Positions 37,440 to 49,624 of a DNA stretch of 64,000 bases are shown here, one piece after another. The stretch lies in NCBI RefSeq assembly GCF_006345805.1, contig NC_043018.1, forward strand, positions 9,548,001-9,612,000, read 5' to 3'. The notes beneath the pieces were generated by a model. It made no database searches. It saw only the letters and a program-made list of their open reading frames with translations, and was not told the DNA's origin. This stretch comes from Octopus sinensis (Eukaryota). Both the position numbers and the translations under genes were made by a program. The number at the start of each line of letters is the position of its first letter. The first letter of the stretch is position 1.

Positions 37440-37764
37440 TTTTCGATCGCTTCGCTTAAGCTCCCTGTACAGAATGGTGTCAAGCAAGGTGACGTCCTTA
37501 CCCATCGCTCTTTTCTTTGTATTTTGCTGCTACTCTCACTCGTACTTTTTTGCTTTAGTTTTCTCGTCTGGGATATATGAGAAATATCAGAGATTCTGGT
37601 CGTCTCTTCAACTTGCATCGATTTTCTACCCATTCGAATGTTTTTCAGTCGCTTATTCGTGACCTCCATCATGCGGAAGATTGCGACATACAGTTGATCA
37701 TACAGCTAAAGATATGCAAATTCTCATGGGCCATATTTCTGCTTCTTGCACGGCATTTGGCCAT

Positions 37765-37765
<1 letters not shown>
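37440..37765 (+). mobile_element. RTE-clade LINE reverse-transcriptase fragment (frameshifted)
   Basis: PVQNGVKQGDVL ... SGRLFNLHRF ... IRDLHHAEDCD (decayed YADD motif) ... DMQILM.HISASCTAFG. Confidence 0.85.
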
Positions 37766-37822
<57 letters not shown>

Positions 37823-38327
37823 CGTATATAAGCACATACATACATACATACATACACATACACGCATATATACACACAGATAAATGCATACATATACGCA
37901 TACATACACGCATACATACTTGCATACATACATACACACGCAAACACGTTAAACACATTGGTTTATAAATGTAGCATTAGCTATCAGGGAAGAATTTACT
38001 CGGGATAGTCTGCTCTAAACTGAGTTCCAACAATGTATTCCAAAGAAAATAAATATTATTCAGCTACTGTTATCGCTGCTGCGCTGGTATTATCGTTTAG
38101 CCCCTGGTCAGGCCCTGATGCAGAGGACTGATGCTCAAAGATATTTATAGTTTATTCATATATAATATATATACAACTACATATTAACTAAGTTTTTTTT
38201 TTAAATACAAAGCAGAATTTATCTATCTGTCTGTCCGTCGGTCCGTCGGTCCGTCTGTCTGTCTATGCGCACATAATACATATAGTGCTTATATTGTGCG
38301 TGTGTGTTTTATGTATCAATGTGTGTG

Positions 38328-38358
<31 letters not shown>

Positions 38359-38614
38359 ATGTACATATGTATATATATATATTCCCTCCACTTTTCACTT
38401 CACTATGTCCCTGTCATTTTTTCTTGCCCCCCCTTAATTCTTTTGTCCATCTGCCTCTACTTCTCTCTCTTCTCTTCCCACGTGACCGATCGACCAGACT
38501 GCTCGCACTTTCTTTCTGGGTCTGACCGTGGTCTGTGCAACATCGATATTCTTCCCTGTGTTTGTGAAATTTTTGTATCTCTGCCGTAAGGCTTCATTTC
38601 CACACACGCCAGCT

Positions 38615-38965
38615 TAATTCAATTCGTCCTTAATCGAAAGACACCGGTTGTTATGTCCTGTTATAATTTTTATTGTATTTATATTTGTGTAACATTGTCT
38701 GTTTTTTCGTCCTTGTCTTTGTATACATTCGATGCTTTCTTCCAAGGAATCTAATGCTCTTAGCTTAGTTTTTCTTTGGGGCTGGCCAGATTGGAGCAAT
38801 CTCAAAAATATTCAACCGAAATTGCGAGGATAATTTGGTTCTTGACTGAAGATAGAAAACTTCGAATGACTGTTCTTGTTTTCTTTGTATCGTCTATCTG
38901 GATGTGTTTGTTGTCCCTTTTTGTATCACCTAGTTGTCCGGATGTTTTGCGTTCTTGTCTCATTT
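38615..38965 (+). mobile_element. Interspersed repeat of about 350 bp (probably PLE-derived); inverted sibling at 47035-47385
   Basis: aattcaattcgtcctt...cttgtctcattttgtatt(TA)n; its reverse complement is visible at 47035-47385. Confidence 0.7.
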
Positions 38966-38986
38966 TGTATTATATAATATATATAT

Positions 38987-39040
<54 letters not shown>

Positions 39041-39044
39041 CACA

Positions 39045-39425
39045 GAAGTGCAACAGCCTAGTGGTTAGGGCAGCGAACTCGCGGTCGTAGGATCGCGGTC
39101 TCGATTCCCAGATCGGACGTTGTGAGTGTTTATTGAGCGAAAAACCTAAAGCTCCAAGAAGCTCCGGCAGGGGTTGGGGTGGCGAACTCTGCTGTACTCT
39201 TTTACCACAACATTCTCTCACTCTTTCTTCCTGTTTCTCTTGTACCTGTATTTCGAAGGGCCAGCCTTGTCACACTATGTGTCACGCTGAATTTCTCCGA
39301 GCCGAGAACTACGTTACGGGTACACGTGTCTGTGGACTGTTCAGCCATTTGCGTGTTAATTTCATGAGTAGGCAGTTCTGTTGATCGGATCAACTGGACC
39401 TCGGAGTGTAACCGACGGAGTGGCC
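39045..39425 (+). mobile_element. SINE with family C head and body and family H tail
   Basis: Matches 51864 up to ctcactctttcttcctgtt, then tgtacctgtatttcgaagggccagccttgtcac...gtaaccgacggagtg as in family H. Confidence 0.8.
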
Positions 39426-39521
39426 ACGACTACATATATATTTTCAAATGTGACTACGTGTGTACCGTTGGCGATTTTTTTTCCCTCTGTCTTCCCGTCT
39501 TTGATCTTTTCCTTTTCCTAT

Positions 39522-39556
39522 GTTTCTGACGAAGAGCTCCGCTCGAAACGTTAAAC
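39522..39556 (+). ncRNA. Minimal type I hammerhead ribozyme motif with canonical core, inside PLE repeat 39440-39645
   Basis: gttt-CTGACGA-A-GAGC-TCC-GCTC-GAAA-CG-TT-aaac. Confidence 0.7.
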
Positions 39557-39640
39557 CCCTCCTTCTTTCCTGAGCGTCCAATAATACTATATTTTTGTTC
39601 CACGTCCGCGTTGTGTTTTTTTGTGCTTTCTTGTTTGGAT

Positions 39641-39686
<46 letters not shown>

Positions 39687-39866
39687 GTCTAGGAATTACT
39701 TAATACAGTGTTTGAAGTGTAAAGGTGATTTTCTTTTCTAAAAATTAAAAAAAAATGTTATGAACTCTTTTATGAGGATGTTACTAAATAATCTTGGGAA
39801 GAAGTTTTTTTTCTAGTGTGTGGGCGGCGCTTTCGTCTAATCTTTTCAAACACGCGTGCTTTTATA

Positions 39867-40082
39867 CGAGGGGTGCTGAAAAGTTTCAGGTTTTTTGGTA
39901 AAAAAGAAAATACAGGAGGATTAGTTAATTATGATTTTATTCAACTTGTTCCTCTCTCAAATTCACCCACTTATTGCAGTTGTCCTTCAGTTTTTCTAAG
40001 CCCTGTAAAAGAACTCGGAAGGTTGGCTCTCTAACCAACCTTTTCACGACACTCTTAAAGCCAGGAAATTTCAGCAACCCCT

Positions 40083-40085
<3 letters not shown>
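39867..40085 (-). mobile_element. Mariner-derived MITE
   Basis: TA|cgaggggtgctgaaaag TIR; reverse complement of 6990-7212. Confidence 0.8.
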
Positions 40086-40145
<60 letters not shown>

Positions 40146-40757
40146 ATAAGATCAGTTATTTTAAATTAAATAACGATCTTATCAAGTGGCCAGCATGGAA
40201 ATAAATACTTTCAAAGGTAATAATTATTATTAAAATTATAACTTAGGGTATCTCTCGTAGATACCCACCCTAAGTTATAATTTTATGAGCGGTTCGGCAA
40301 AAGAGACCGATAGAATAAGTACTGGGCTTACAAAGAATAAGTCCTGGGGTCGAGTTGCTCGATTAAAGGCGGTGCTACAGCATGGCCGCAGTTAAAATGA
40401 CTGAAACAAGTAATATATATATATATATATATATATACGAAGAACTTTTCAGTACCCCCACGAACACACACACACACTACTTGTGTATATTCCCTGTATC
40501 AATATATTGATAATCAATTTTGATGTGAAGAAGCACTTAATGCATTGTCATATGCCTTGATTCACTTTCACAGCGGAAAGCGTTGACAGCTTCGTTGATA
40601 ACCGATCGGCACATCGCAGCTTATAAAGCTGATGAACAATGCGATGACCCGAGGCCATTCGGGATTTATATCGGTATCTTATGGATCTACATCTTCAGGA
40701 AACTTCAATGTTAGCGTCACAGTGAATGAATGAATGTGTGTGTATGTATGTACACGT

Positions 40758-40812
<55 letters not shown>

Positions 40813-41016
40813 GAAGGATTGCGCATGGCAAAGAAGCGAGTAGTGATGCAATGAATCGACTTCGAAGAAATACATTTAGTCTGGAAAACCAAACTACTGT
40901 CTTGTAAAATGTATTGATCAGTATACTTATTATTCGGGTTATTGTCCCCATACAATATGGCCAGAGGTTTCGACTCTCGTCTCTGCGGAGAAGACTGATA
41001 ATGCTTGAACATAAGG

Positions 41017-41049
<33 letters not shown>

Positions 41050-41272
41050 CACTCACACATAGTATGCTGTTCTATTGTTGGTAGGATTGACAAGAAAAGT
41101 ACTCTATCCAGCGAGAGATAATTATTGTTTAGTAAATGTAGGATCTGTGTTTGTAAGGTAGTAGTGCATGGCATGCTTTATAAGTCCGCGCAATTAATGT
41201 ACTATCAGAGCATGAAGCATGAGCTAATATTTAAATCCTGCGTTAATTAAATATATATCGCGCCCGCGCATC

Positions 41273-41319
<47 letters not shown>

Positions 41320-41320
41320 A

Positions 41321-41366
<46 letters not shown>

Positions 41367-41510
41367 ACACACACACACAAGTAATGATTTTAAATTTGGG
41401 TATACACCTTGTAGTATGTCATTTGCGAGTAAGTACAGACGACTACCAGAATGTATTCTAATCGAAATAAGCGAAACGGAAATTGAAAAACGAGGTACCT
41501 TTTGACAAAA

Positions 41511-41612
41511 CACCTGATGAGCTACATCTGCACCGAATGATGCACTACAACTATTTGTACAGCATTTCACTAGCGAGGAACCGATGCATCACGGGTCGAA
41601 ACGATCGTAGTG
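41511..41612 (+). ncRNA. HHR-like motif with 77-nt stem II region
   Basis: cac-CTGATGA(41514-20)...GAAA(41598-601)-CGATCG-TA-gtg; internal tgatgca/tgcatca stem. Confidence 0.55.
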
Positions 41613-41679
41613 ATTTATAAAGAATCTCGTGAATTCTATTTTCTTTTTCTTTCTATTTCTCTAATATGTTACATGAGGT

Positions 41680-41834
41680 GTAGGCGGTGACTGTGTGGTA
41701 AGTAGCTTGCTTATCAACCACATGGTTCCGGGTTCAGTCCCACTGCGTGGTACTTTGAGCAAATGTCTTCTACTATAGCTTCAGGCCTTGTGAGTGGATT
41801 TGGTAGACGAAAACTGAAAGAAGCTTGTCGTATA

Positions 41835-41869
<35 letters not shown>

Positions 41870-42270
41870 TTTTGGCTGTGTGGTAAGTAGCTTGCTAATC
41901 AACCACATGGTTCCGGGTTCAGTCCCACTGCGTGGCATCTTGGGCAAGTGTCTTCTGCTATAGCCTCGGGCCGACCAATGCCTTGTGAGTGGATTTGGTA
42001 GACGGAAACTGAAAGAAGCCTGTCGTATATATGTATATGTATATATATGTGTATGTGTTTGTGTGTCTGTGTTTGTCCCCCTAGCATTGCTTGACAACCG
42101 ATGCTGGTGTGTTTACGTCCCCGTCACTTAGCGGTTCGGCAAAAGAGACCGATTGGATAAGTACTGGGCTTACAAAGAATAAGTCCCGGGGTCGAGTTGC
42201 TCGATTAAAGGCGGTGCTCCAGCATGGCCGCAGTCAAATGACTGAAACAAGTAAAAGAGTAAAAGAGTAT
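41680..42270 (+). mobile_element. Family A head followed by a full, well-conserved family A SINE (41873-42270)
   Basis: Direct match to family A. Confidence 0.9.
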
Positions 42271-43561
42271 ATAAAGTGTAGGGATCGGCCGATGGAGGAG
42301 CAAGGGTGGTAAGAAGAAGAAGAAAAGACGGGTGAATATGACTGAAAAAGATGAGGACGAATGAGGAGAGTAAGAGGAATTATACACGGTATTACTCTGT
42401 ATAAAAATGTCTGGAGAGAAAAGATGAAATACCTTTGATCACAGTTTACTGGACAAGGGCTGACCTGGGGCTAAAAACTTTCCAAAACTGCCATTTTTTT
42501 GCCATATTAAGCGTAAATAGAACAACAGCGTTGTGTGTTGCACTAGATTTTCTCCTTCCGCAAAAATATGAATTTTAATAGATTATCAATTTGAAAAGAC
42601 TTCAAAGTAATTTCCTCTTTTGAAATGGTGTCGACCGAGTTTAAACATTCTTTTCCTTGTCACATGGTGAAGAAAAGAAATCTTCGTATATTCTTTTGTA
42701 TTGCTACAGACGAGAAAGAATGTTGAGTTTACTGAATTCTTTCCTGTCCTTCCTCGTCACTGTCATCCACGGAAGTTTGTATTTTAAACCTTTTCAGGCA
42801 ATAACTATTGACGTCAGAAAGAAATATGACAAGAAAATTGTAGAAAAAAGAAAAAGTCTCCGCCTTAAATCTTCGTTTGCAATAGTAACATATAATATCG
42901 CATGACATGTCACGTGACGCATTATTATCATCATCATCATCATAGTGGTCATCATCATCATCACCACAATGCAATGAGCTGGCTGACTCATGTTCGGAAG
43001 AAATGCTTTTGCGGTATTTTTTTTTGCCACGGTTTTTTTTACGTTCAGAGCTCGAATCTTGTCATGGTGAATTTTGCCTTTCATCCTTTCCGTGGGTCAA
43101 GAATACAATTACCCGATGAACACTAAGGCCGATGTAATCGATTTACTCCTCTCCTTAAATATGGAGCTATCATCATCATGGTCATCATCATCACCGTCAT
43201 CGTAGTCGTCGTAACCTCATTCATCATCACTATCGTCATCATCATCATCATTATCAAAGCAAGCAAACTGGGAGAATCTCCCGGGTGTCGGAAAAATATT
43301 TTGGGATATTTCTTCCGGCTGTCTATTTTTCTGGTTTCAAGTCCCACTGAGGTCAAATTTGTTTTTCATCCAAACCAGTGAAGCACTGGGGTTCGATGAC
43401 ATCGACCGACCCGTATCCCTCACAACTGCTGACCATTGGCAAGCGGGTAGAATCGTTAGCCGGAAAAAATACTTAGCCATACTTAGTCCGTCTTTATGCT
43501 TTGAGTCCAAATTTCGCTGAGGTTGACTTTACCTTTTCGGGGTCGATAAAATAAGTACCTT

Positions 43562-43985
43562 TTCTTTTCTACTCGAGGCACAAGGCCCGAAATTTTGGGG
43601 GAAGGAGCCAGTCGATTAGATCGACTCCAGTACGCAACTGGTGCTTAATTTATCGACCTCGAAAAGTTGAAAACCAAAGTCACCTCGGAGGAATTTGAAC
43701 TCAGAACGTAAAGACAAACGAAATACCGCTCAGCATTTCGCCCGGCGTGCTAACGTTTCTTATTTCTTTATTGCCCACAAGGGGCTAAACATAGAGAGGA
43801 CAAACAAGGACACACAAAGGGATTAAGTCAATTACATCGGACCCCAGTGCGTAACTGGTACTTAATTTATCGACCCCCAAAAGGATGAAAGGTAAAGTCG
43901 ACCTCGGCGGAATTTGAACTCAGAACATAACGGCAGGCGAAATACCGCTAAGCATTTCGCCCGGCGTGCTAACGTTTCTGCCATA
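43562..43985 (-). mobile_element. Family B tandem dimer
   Basis: Junction ctaacgtttct|tatttctttattgccc near 43760. Confidence 0.85.
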
Positions 43986-44074
43986 AAATAAGCACCAATC
44001 AAGTACTGGTGTCGATGAAATCGATTAAAATCGCCTCCCCTAAAATTTCAGGGTTTGTGCCTAGAATAGAAAAG

Positions 44075-44116
<42 letters not shown>

Positions 44117-44514
44117 GAGTGAGAGAGCAGTGCATGCCATCAAAATGACATTGGGGTAAAATATACGACCTTGCAGGTGGGGGCCCCAGTTAGAATTTTC
44201 TTCAGGTTGAGTAACCCATCCCACTAAAAAGGTCCCTGGATAAGGTTTGTTTAAGAATGATGTATGAAACACGCATGTTTCCAAAGGTGAATTATTCAAA
44301 CCCCAAAGAATCCCTTTAAACACATGGCTATGATGCTTCCTCACTGCTTCTCGTGATCAGATGCACTTATCGTCAGCCACTGACAAGCAAATCTGTGGTA
44401 TTGAGCAGAGTATTTGCCGTAGCCCATCTTTTATACCAAGACAAAACAATGTACATGATAACACTTCCAATGAGTTCAGATCAGAAGCCATGAGAGCCAC
44501 TGCTTGGTACTGCA
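44117..44514. mobile_element. Unclassified element of about 400 bp embedded in (ATT)n
   Basis: Complex sequence with sharp (ATT)n boundaries on both sides. Confidence 0.5.
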
Positions 44515-44566
<52 letters not shown>

Positions 44567-44617
44567 TATTATTATTATTATATTATTTTATTATTATTAT
44601 TATTATTATTATTATAA

Positions 44618-44651
<34 letters not shown>

Positions 44652-44752
44652 AATTTATTATTATTATTATTATTATAAATTTATTATTATTTTATTATTA
44701 TTATTGTTTTATTTTTATTATTATTATTATTATTTTATTATTATTATTATTA

Positions 44753-44789
<37 letters not shown>

Positions 44790-44897
44790 GTTTTATTATT
44801 ATTATTATTATTATTATTTTTTTTTTTATTATTATTATATTATTATTATTATTATTTTTTTTTTTATTATTATTATTATTATTTATTATTATTATTA

Positions 44898-44934
<37 letters not shown>

Positions 44935-44945
44935 TTATTATTATA
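44515..44945. repeat. (ATT)n array of about 430 bp
   Basis: Read directly. Confidence 0.95.
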
Positions 44946-45294
44946 AATTTACACTAATATTTACGTCGACTGTTTCAAACTGCCACGTGATATTCAGACG
45001 CAATCAGCGACATCCAGTAACCAACAGCAAGCAAACGTGGGTGCTTCTATGTGGCGTTTCGATCTGCTAGAAATACGTGCTAAATTTCTCTCCGGTCTCA
45101 ACTTAGCACTTGTAAAATCGAATGTTATAAACATCCAGCAAGAAGGCGTTGGACAATATGGTTGCAGTTAACTTATGGTTGAATGAAGGACAAGGTGGTG
45201 ATTAGAGCATATTTGGATGATGGACTTGCAGTGTCTTTTATAGAAGGCTCAATCAGATTCACGTTAGTTCAATGGGGAAGAGAATCAGCTGTCC

Positions 45295-45515
45295 GTTAGT
45301 CTGTCCATCCATCCACCCGTCCGTCCATCGGTCTCTTCGTCTATTCACTTGTCTGTCCGTCCGTCCATCGATCTACCCATCAGTCCATCGATCCGTACGT
45401 CCGTTAGTCCGTCCGTCTGTTCATCTATCCGTCCATCCATCCATCTACCCGACTGTCTGTCCGTGCACCCGTCTGTCCGTCCATCTGTTCATCCGTCTGC
45501 CCAACGTCCACCCAA
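45295..45515. repeat. (CCAT/CCGT/CTGT)n tetranucleotide-mix repeat
   Basis: Read directly. Confidence 0.9.
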
Positions 45516-45778
45516 ACCCACTCATGCACCCACCTGTGTGTGTATATGAATGTGTGTGTGTGTGTGTGTGTGTGTTGCGACAATGAAGATTAAGGTTTAT
45601 AGGTCATTGATAGCAAAGCACATGATATCATAGATCAGTTGTTGCTATGGAAGCCTACACACAGCAATAAAAATTTTTTAAATAATCGTACATCGATCAA
45701 CTGGCAGAAAGCAGTAGGATGAAGCGGCAAAATCTGCTTATTACGATTATGGACGGTCGTACTTAGTGAGACTGCCTT

Positions 45779-45821
<43 letters not shown>

Positions 45822-45824
45822 ATA

Positions 45825-46006
45825 CTCTTTACTCTTTTGCTTGTTTCAGTCATTTGACTGCAGCCATGCTGGAGCACCACCTTTAGTCGAGCAAATCGAC
45901 CCCAGGACTTATTCTTTGTAAGCCTAGTACATTTTCTATCGCTCTCTTGCCGAACCGCTAAGTTACGGGGGCGTAAACACCAACATCAGTTGTCAAGCGA
46001 TGTTGG

Positions 46007-46037
<31 letters not shown>

Positions 46038-46195
46038 TATATACGACGGGTTTCTTTCAGTTTCCGTCTACCAAATCCACTCACAAGGTTTTGGTCGGCT
46101 CGAGGCTATAGCACTTGCCCAAGGTACCACACAGTGGGAAGGAACCCGGAACCATGTGGTTGGTAAGCAAGCTACTTACCACACAGCCACTCCTG
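45825..46195 (-). mobile_element. Family A SINE, full length
   Basis: Reverse complement of family A. Confidence 0.9.
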
Positions 46196-46799
46196 CGATA
46201 TATATAATTGCGAATTAAAAGCAGCGCTAGTGTTGGAAACATTAAACATAATCGACCGCACATACTCAATGTTTTTGTTTTCCTTGTTTGCCGGTTCGCT
46301 GTGGAATATCGCTTTGGAGTATGACTCCCTCATAACCCTGGGTGTTAAAACACCTGAAAATGAGAGACAGGTCAGATAACTAGCCCCAAATGTCATTCAG
46401 GAGTGAAAGATATCACTATTTCGCCATTTTTGTGGTTTACCAACATCACGTATTAGAATCGAACCAGGGACGAATCGAATCGCCTGTCTATGACTATAGA
46501 CAAATAGTGTAAGAACCACTTTCTGGTATACCTATAGGGCTCAAACTAGAATGGTAAAAGGTAGTTTTGTAAAAGCCATTTTCCAGTTTGCTCCTGATAA
46601 AGAGAAAGGAAAATGTTTGCCTTCTTTTCAAAACTGCCTGTGGTCCTCAAACCACGCGTTTTCTGCAACCTAGGCAGACATGTTACTACTTGCGCCGAAG
46701 CTCTCTTCATTCTATCAAATTTAACGAGAAAAATTGTTTACATTTAAGTCACAAATCGAAAAATACGTTTCGATTTACCTCGAAACGAATACAACAAAG

Positions 46800-46957
46800 C
46801 GTAGGTGTGGCTGCGTGGTAACAAGTCTCCTCAATCACTTGATTCTGGGTTCAGTCCCACTGCGCGGTACCTTGGGTGTTTTCTATTATAGCCTCGGGCC
46901 TACCAAAGCCTTGTGAGTAGATTTGGTAGATGGAAAATGAAAGAAGCCCATCGTAAG

Positions 46958-46992
<35 letters not shown>

Positions 46993-47625
46993 TGTATGTA
47001 TGTATGTATGTATGTATGTATGTGTGTGTATTAAAATGCAAAATGGGACAAGAACGCAAAACATCCGGATAGCTAGGCGATACAAAAAGGGACAACAAAA
47101 CATCCAGATAGACGATACAAAGAAAACAAGGACGGGTCATTCGAAGTTTTCTTTCCTCAGTGAAGCACCAGATTTTCCTTGCAATTGTGACTGATTATTC
47201 TTGAGATTGCTCCAGTCTGGCCAGCCCCAAGTAAAAACTAAGCTAAGAACATTTGGGAGAAAGCATCGAATGTATACAAAAACGAGGACGGGAAAAAACG
47301 GACAAAATTATACAAATATAAATACAATAAAAATGATAACATGACATAACAACAGGTGTCTTTCGACTAAGGACGAATTGAATTGTATGTATGTATATAT
47401 GGCGGAAACTGAAATAAGCCCGTCGCGCGTGTGTGTATCTTTCACTACCGCTTGACAACCAGTGTTCGTGCTTACGTCCCCACAAATTGGCTGTCCGGCA
47501 AAGGAGGCCGATAAAATAACTACCAGGTTTAAAAAGGAAAGTGCTAGGGTCTATTCGTTCGACTAAATTTCTTTAAGGCGGTGCTCCAGTATGGCCATAG
47601 TCTAATGAGAGGAACAAGTTGAAAA
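46800..47625 (+). mobile_element. Family A SINE with the 47035-47385 repeat inserted into its central microsatellite
   Basis: Head about 46800-46960, (TATG)n, insert, tail about 47400-47625. Confidence 0.75.
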
Positions 47626-47929
47626 CAAAACAAACCTTAGCTAGTATATATTGTTTCAAATATAGAAACTTCTGGTATTGCTTTGTCATAAGGTTATCAT
47701 CAGATCCAAGTTCATATGCCAACTCTCCCACCTCTACCTGTCAGTGAAACGAGGGGAAAATATCGATGATTAGATTTGATATTGGTGAGATCCATGCATC
47801 TGTGACGTGTGTTTTACTCGCATGAACGAACATCTCTCTCGTGGCCTTTCATGTGTGACATGTCAGTAGTCTATTATTAAGGTGCTGAACTAGTTCTATC
47901 GGTAGAGCGCCGTAAAATAAAATACTTAC

Positions 47930-48079
47930 TTGGTGTTTAAATATAACAACGGCAATTAGTATTGGGCTATGAACGACAGATACAGTGTTCGTAGCTAATG
48001 AGGTGCAACGAAACAGAAACATGTCCTCCGGTTCGATTACGCCATTCATGGCCCAGTGATGTGATTTCACAAGTATTAT
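47930..48079 (-). CDS. Candidate 150-nt internal exon (phase 0-0), product unknown
   Basis: ttctcctcatag|ATAATA...CACCAA|gtaagt; open frame IILVKSHHWAMNGVIEPEDMFLFRCTSLATNTVSVVHSPILIAVVIFKHQ; non-repetitive sequence; no homolog recognised. Confidence 0.2.
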
Positions 48080-48309
48080 CTATGAGGAGAATTTATCTCC
48101 AGTGAAAAATTTCGCTGCGTAGGTTTTTTCACGTTTCAGTGTTCACGAACATATTAAATATGATTGTGCACACCTCTAAATACCTAGCAGTTTTTCTTCC
48201 GGCTCTTCACTTTCAGGGTTCAGTTCCCGCTGAGGTTAGCTTTTCCTTTTCATGCTTTTGGGGGGGCTCGCTAAAATAAAATATGTCATATATACAAATA
48301 CACACACAT

Positions 48310-48760
48310 ATATACGCATGTAGATCGTTGGCGATTTTTCCCCTCCGTCTTCCTTTTCTCTTGGGCTTTCATCCGTCTCCTGTTTCTGACGAAGAGCTTT
48401 GCTCGAAACATTAAAACTACCTTTCCTTCCCTGAGCGTCTGCTAATACTTTGCCTGTACCACATCCTCACGTTGTTGTTTTTTTTTCTTGTGTTTTTTTT
48501 TTTGGTGGGGGGATTTACTGTATATACACACACGCTCATATATATATACGCTCACACACACGCACACACATATATATATATAAGTTGAAAATTATAGAAA
48601 AACGAAAGGCGAAGACAGGTGTATGAACAGCAAACAGGTGTATTAATTTGATACTCTGGAAAGTGAAGAAGTCTTTTCGAGCCTATGCTCTTCAACAGAA
48701 AGGAATAAGAGAAAATAAACAGAGAGAATAAAAAAGAGACTTGTGGATTTAGCTGTCAAG
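48310..48760. mobile_element. Two short PLE-derived repeats in opposite orientation
   Basis: + copy with CTGACGA HHR motif at 48382-48417; - copy with CTGTTGA motif at about 48671-48702. Confidence 0.7.
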
Positions 48761-49439
48761 CATGGCGGCTGATTAGAAAAAAAGGTTTGACAGGAGAAGT
48801 TGAAAGAAGGAGGAGGTAATAAAGTATTGGTGATCCCAAAAGAAAGGTGCGCGTGCGTGTGAAAATGTGTAAGTGTGTGTGTGTGTGTGGATAGGGCTAG
48901 TGACTTTGACTTGTGTGGATGTGTGCGTCTGTAACGTGTAGTAAACTTTCATCATCGGAGAACAACAAAATTTGAATTGAAATTTGAGTCTTACTCCAAG
49001 GAGTCTTTAAGACTGAACAACATTATTGCCTGCAAACAATTCTAATATCTGGCAGTGTATCTGTATATGTAGCTGTATATTGTGAAATTTCATTTAAAAT
49101 TGTTAAATTGAATTTTTTCTCTGTAAGTTTTGGAATTATATTCCCTACTATTATATATACACATACACATTACATATACATTTATATATATATATACTTA
49201 TACACACTCATACACACATATTTATATATGGTTCAAATGTACAGAAAACAAGAGAGAGACAGGTGAAAGAGTAACAAGTAGGTGTATTAGTTTCACAGAC
49301 GGGGAGGGGGGCAAATGGAAAAGTCTCTGGACGTTTCGAGTCTGTGCTCTTCGAAAGAAAGATACGAGAGGAAAAACAAAAGAGAGTAAAAAGTGTGTCG
49401 ATATTAACAGTTCCGATCCTTCCGTCTCTCTAGGACCCT

Positions 49440-49570
49440 CGTCTTTCCTATCTTCTATTCGAATCTTCGGTACCTTTCCTTGTCCACGAAGTTGGCCCCG
49501 ATGTTGGAGTCAACTTTGCTCAAATCCCTGAACTGAGGAGAAGCCGGACTGGTACCAGATATTGCTGTCT

Positions 49571-49624
<54 letters not shown>

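Noticed and set aside
33868-40961. Identical 16-mer CCCCATACAATATGGC at 33868-33883 and 40946-40961
   Set aside because: About one chance 16-mer match is expected in 64 kb (roughly 4e9 pair comparisons against 4^16), and the flanks are unrelated.
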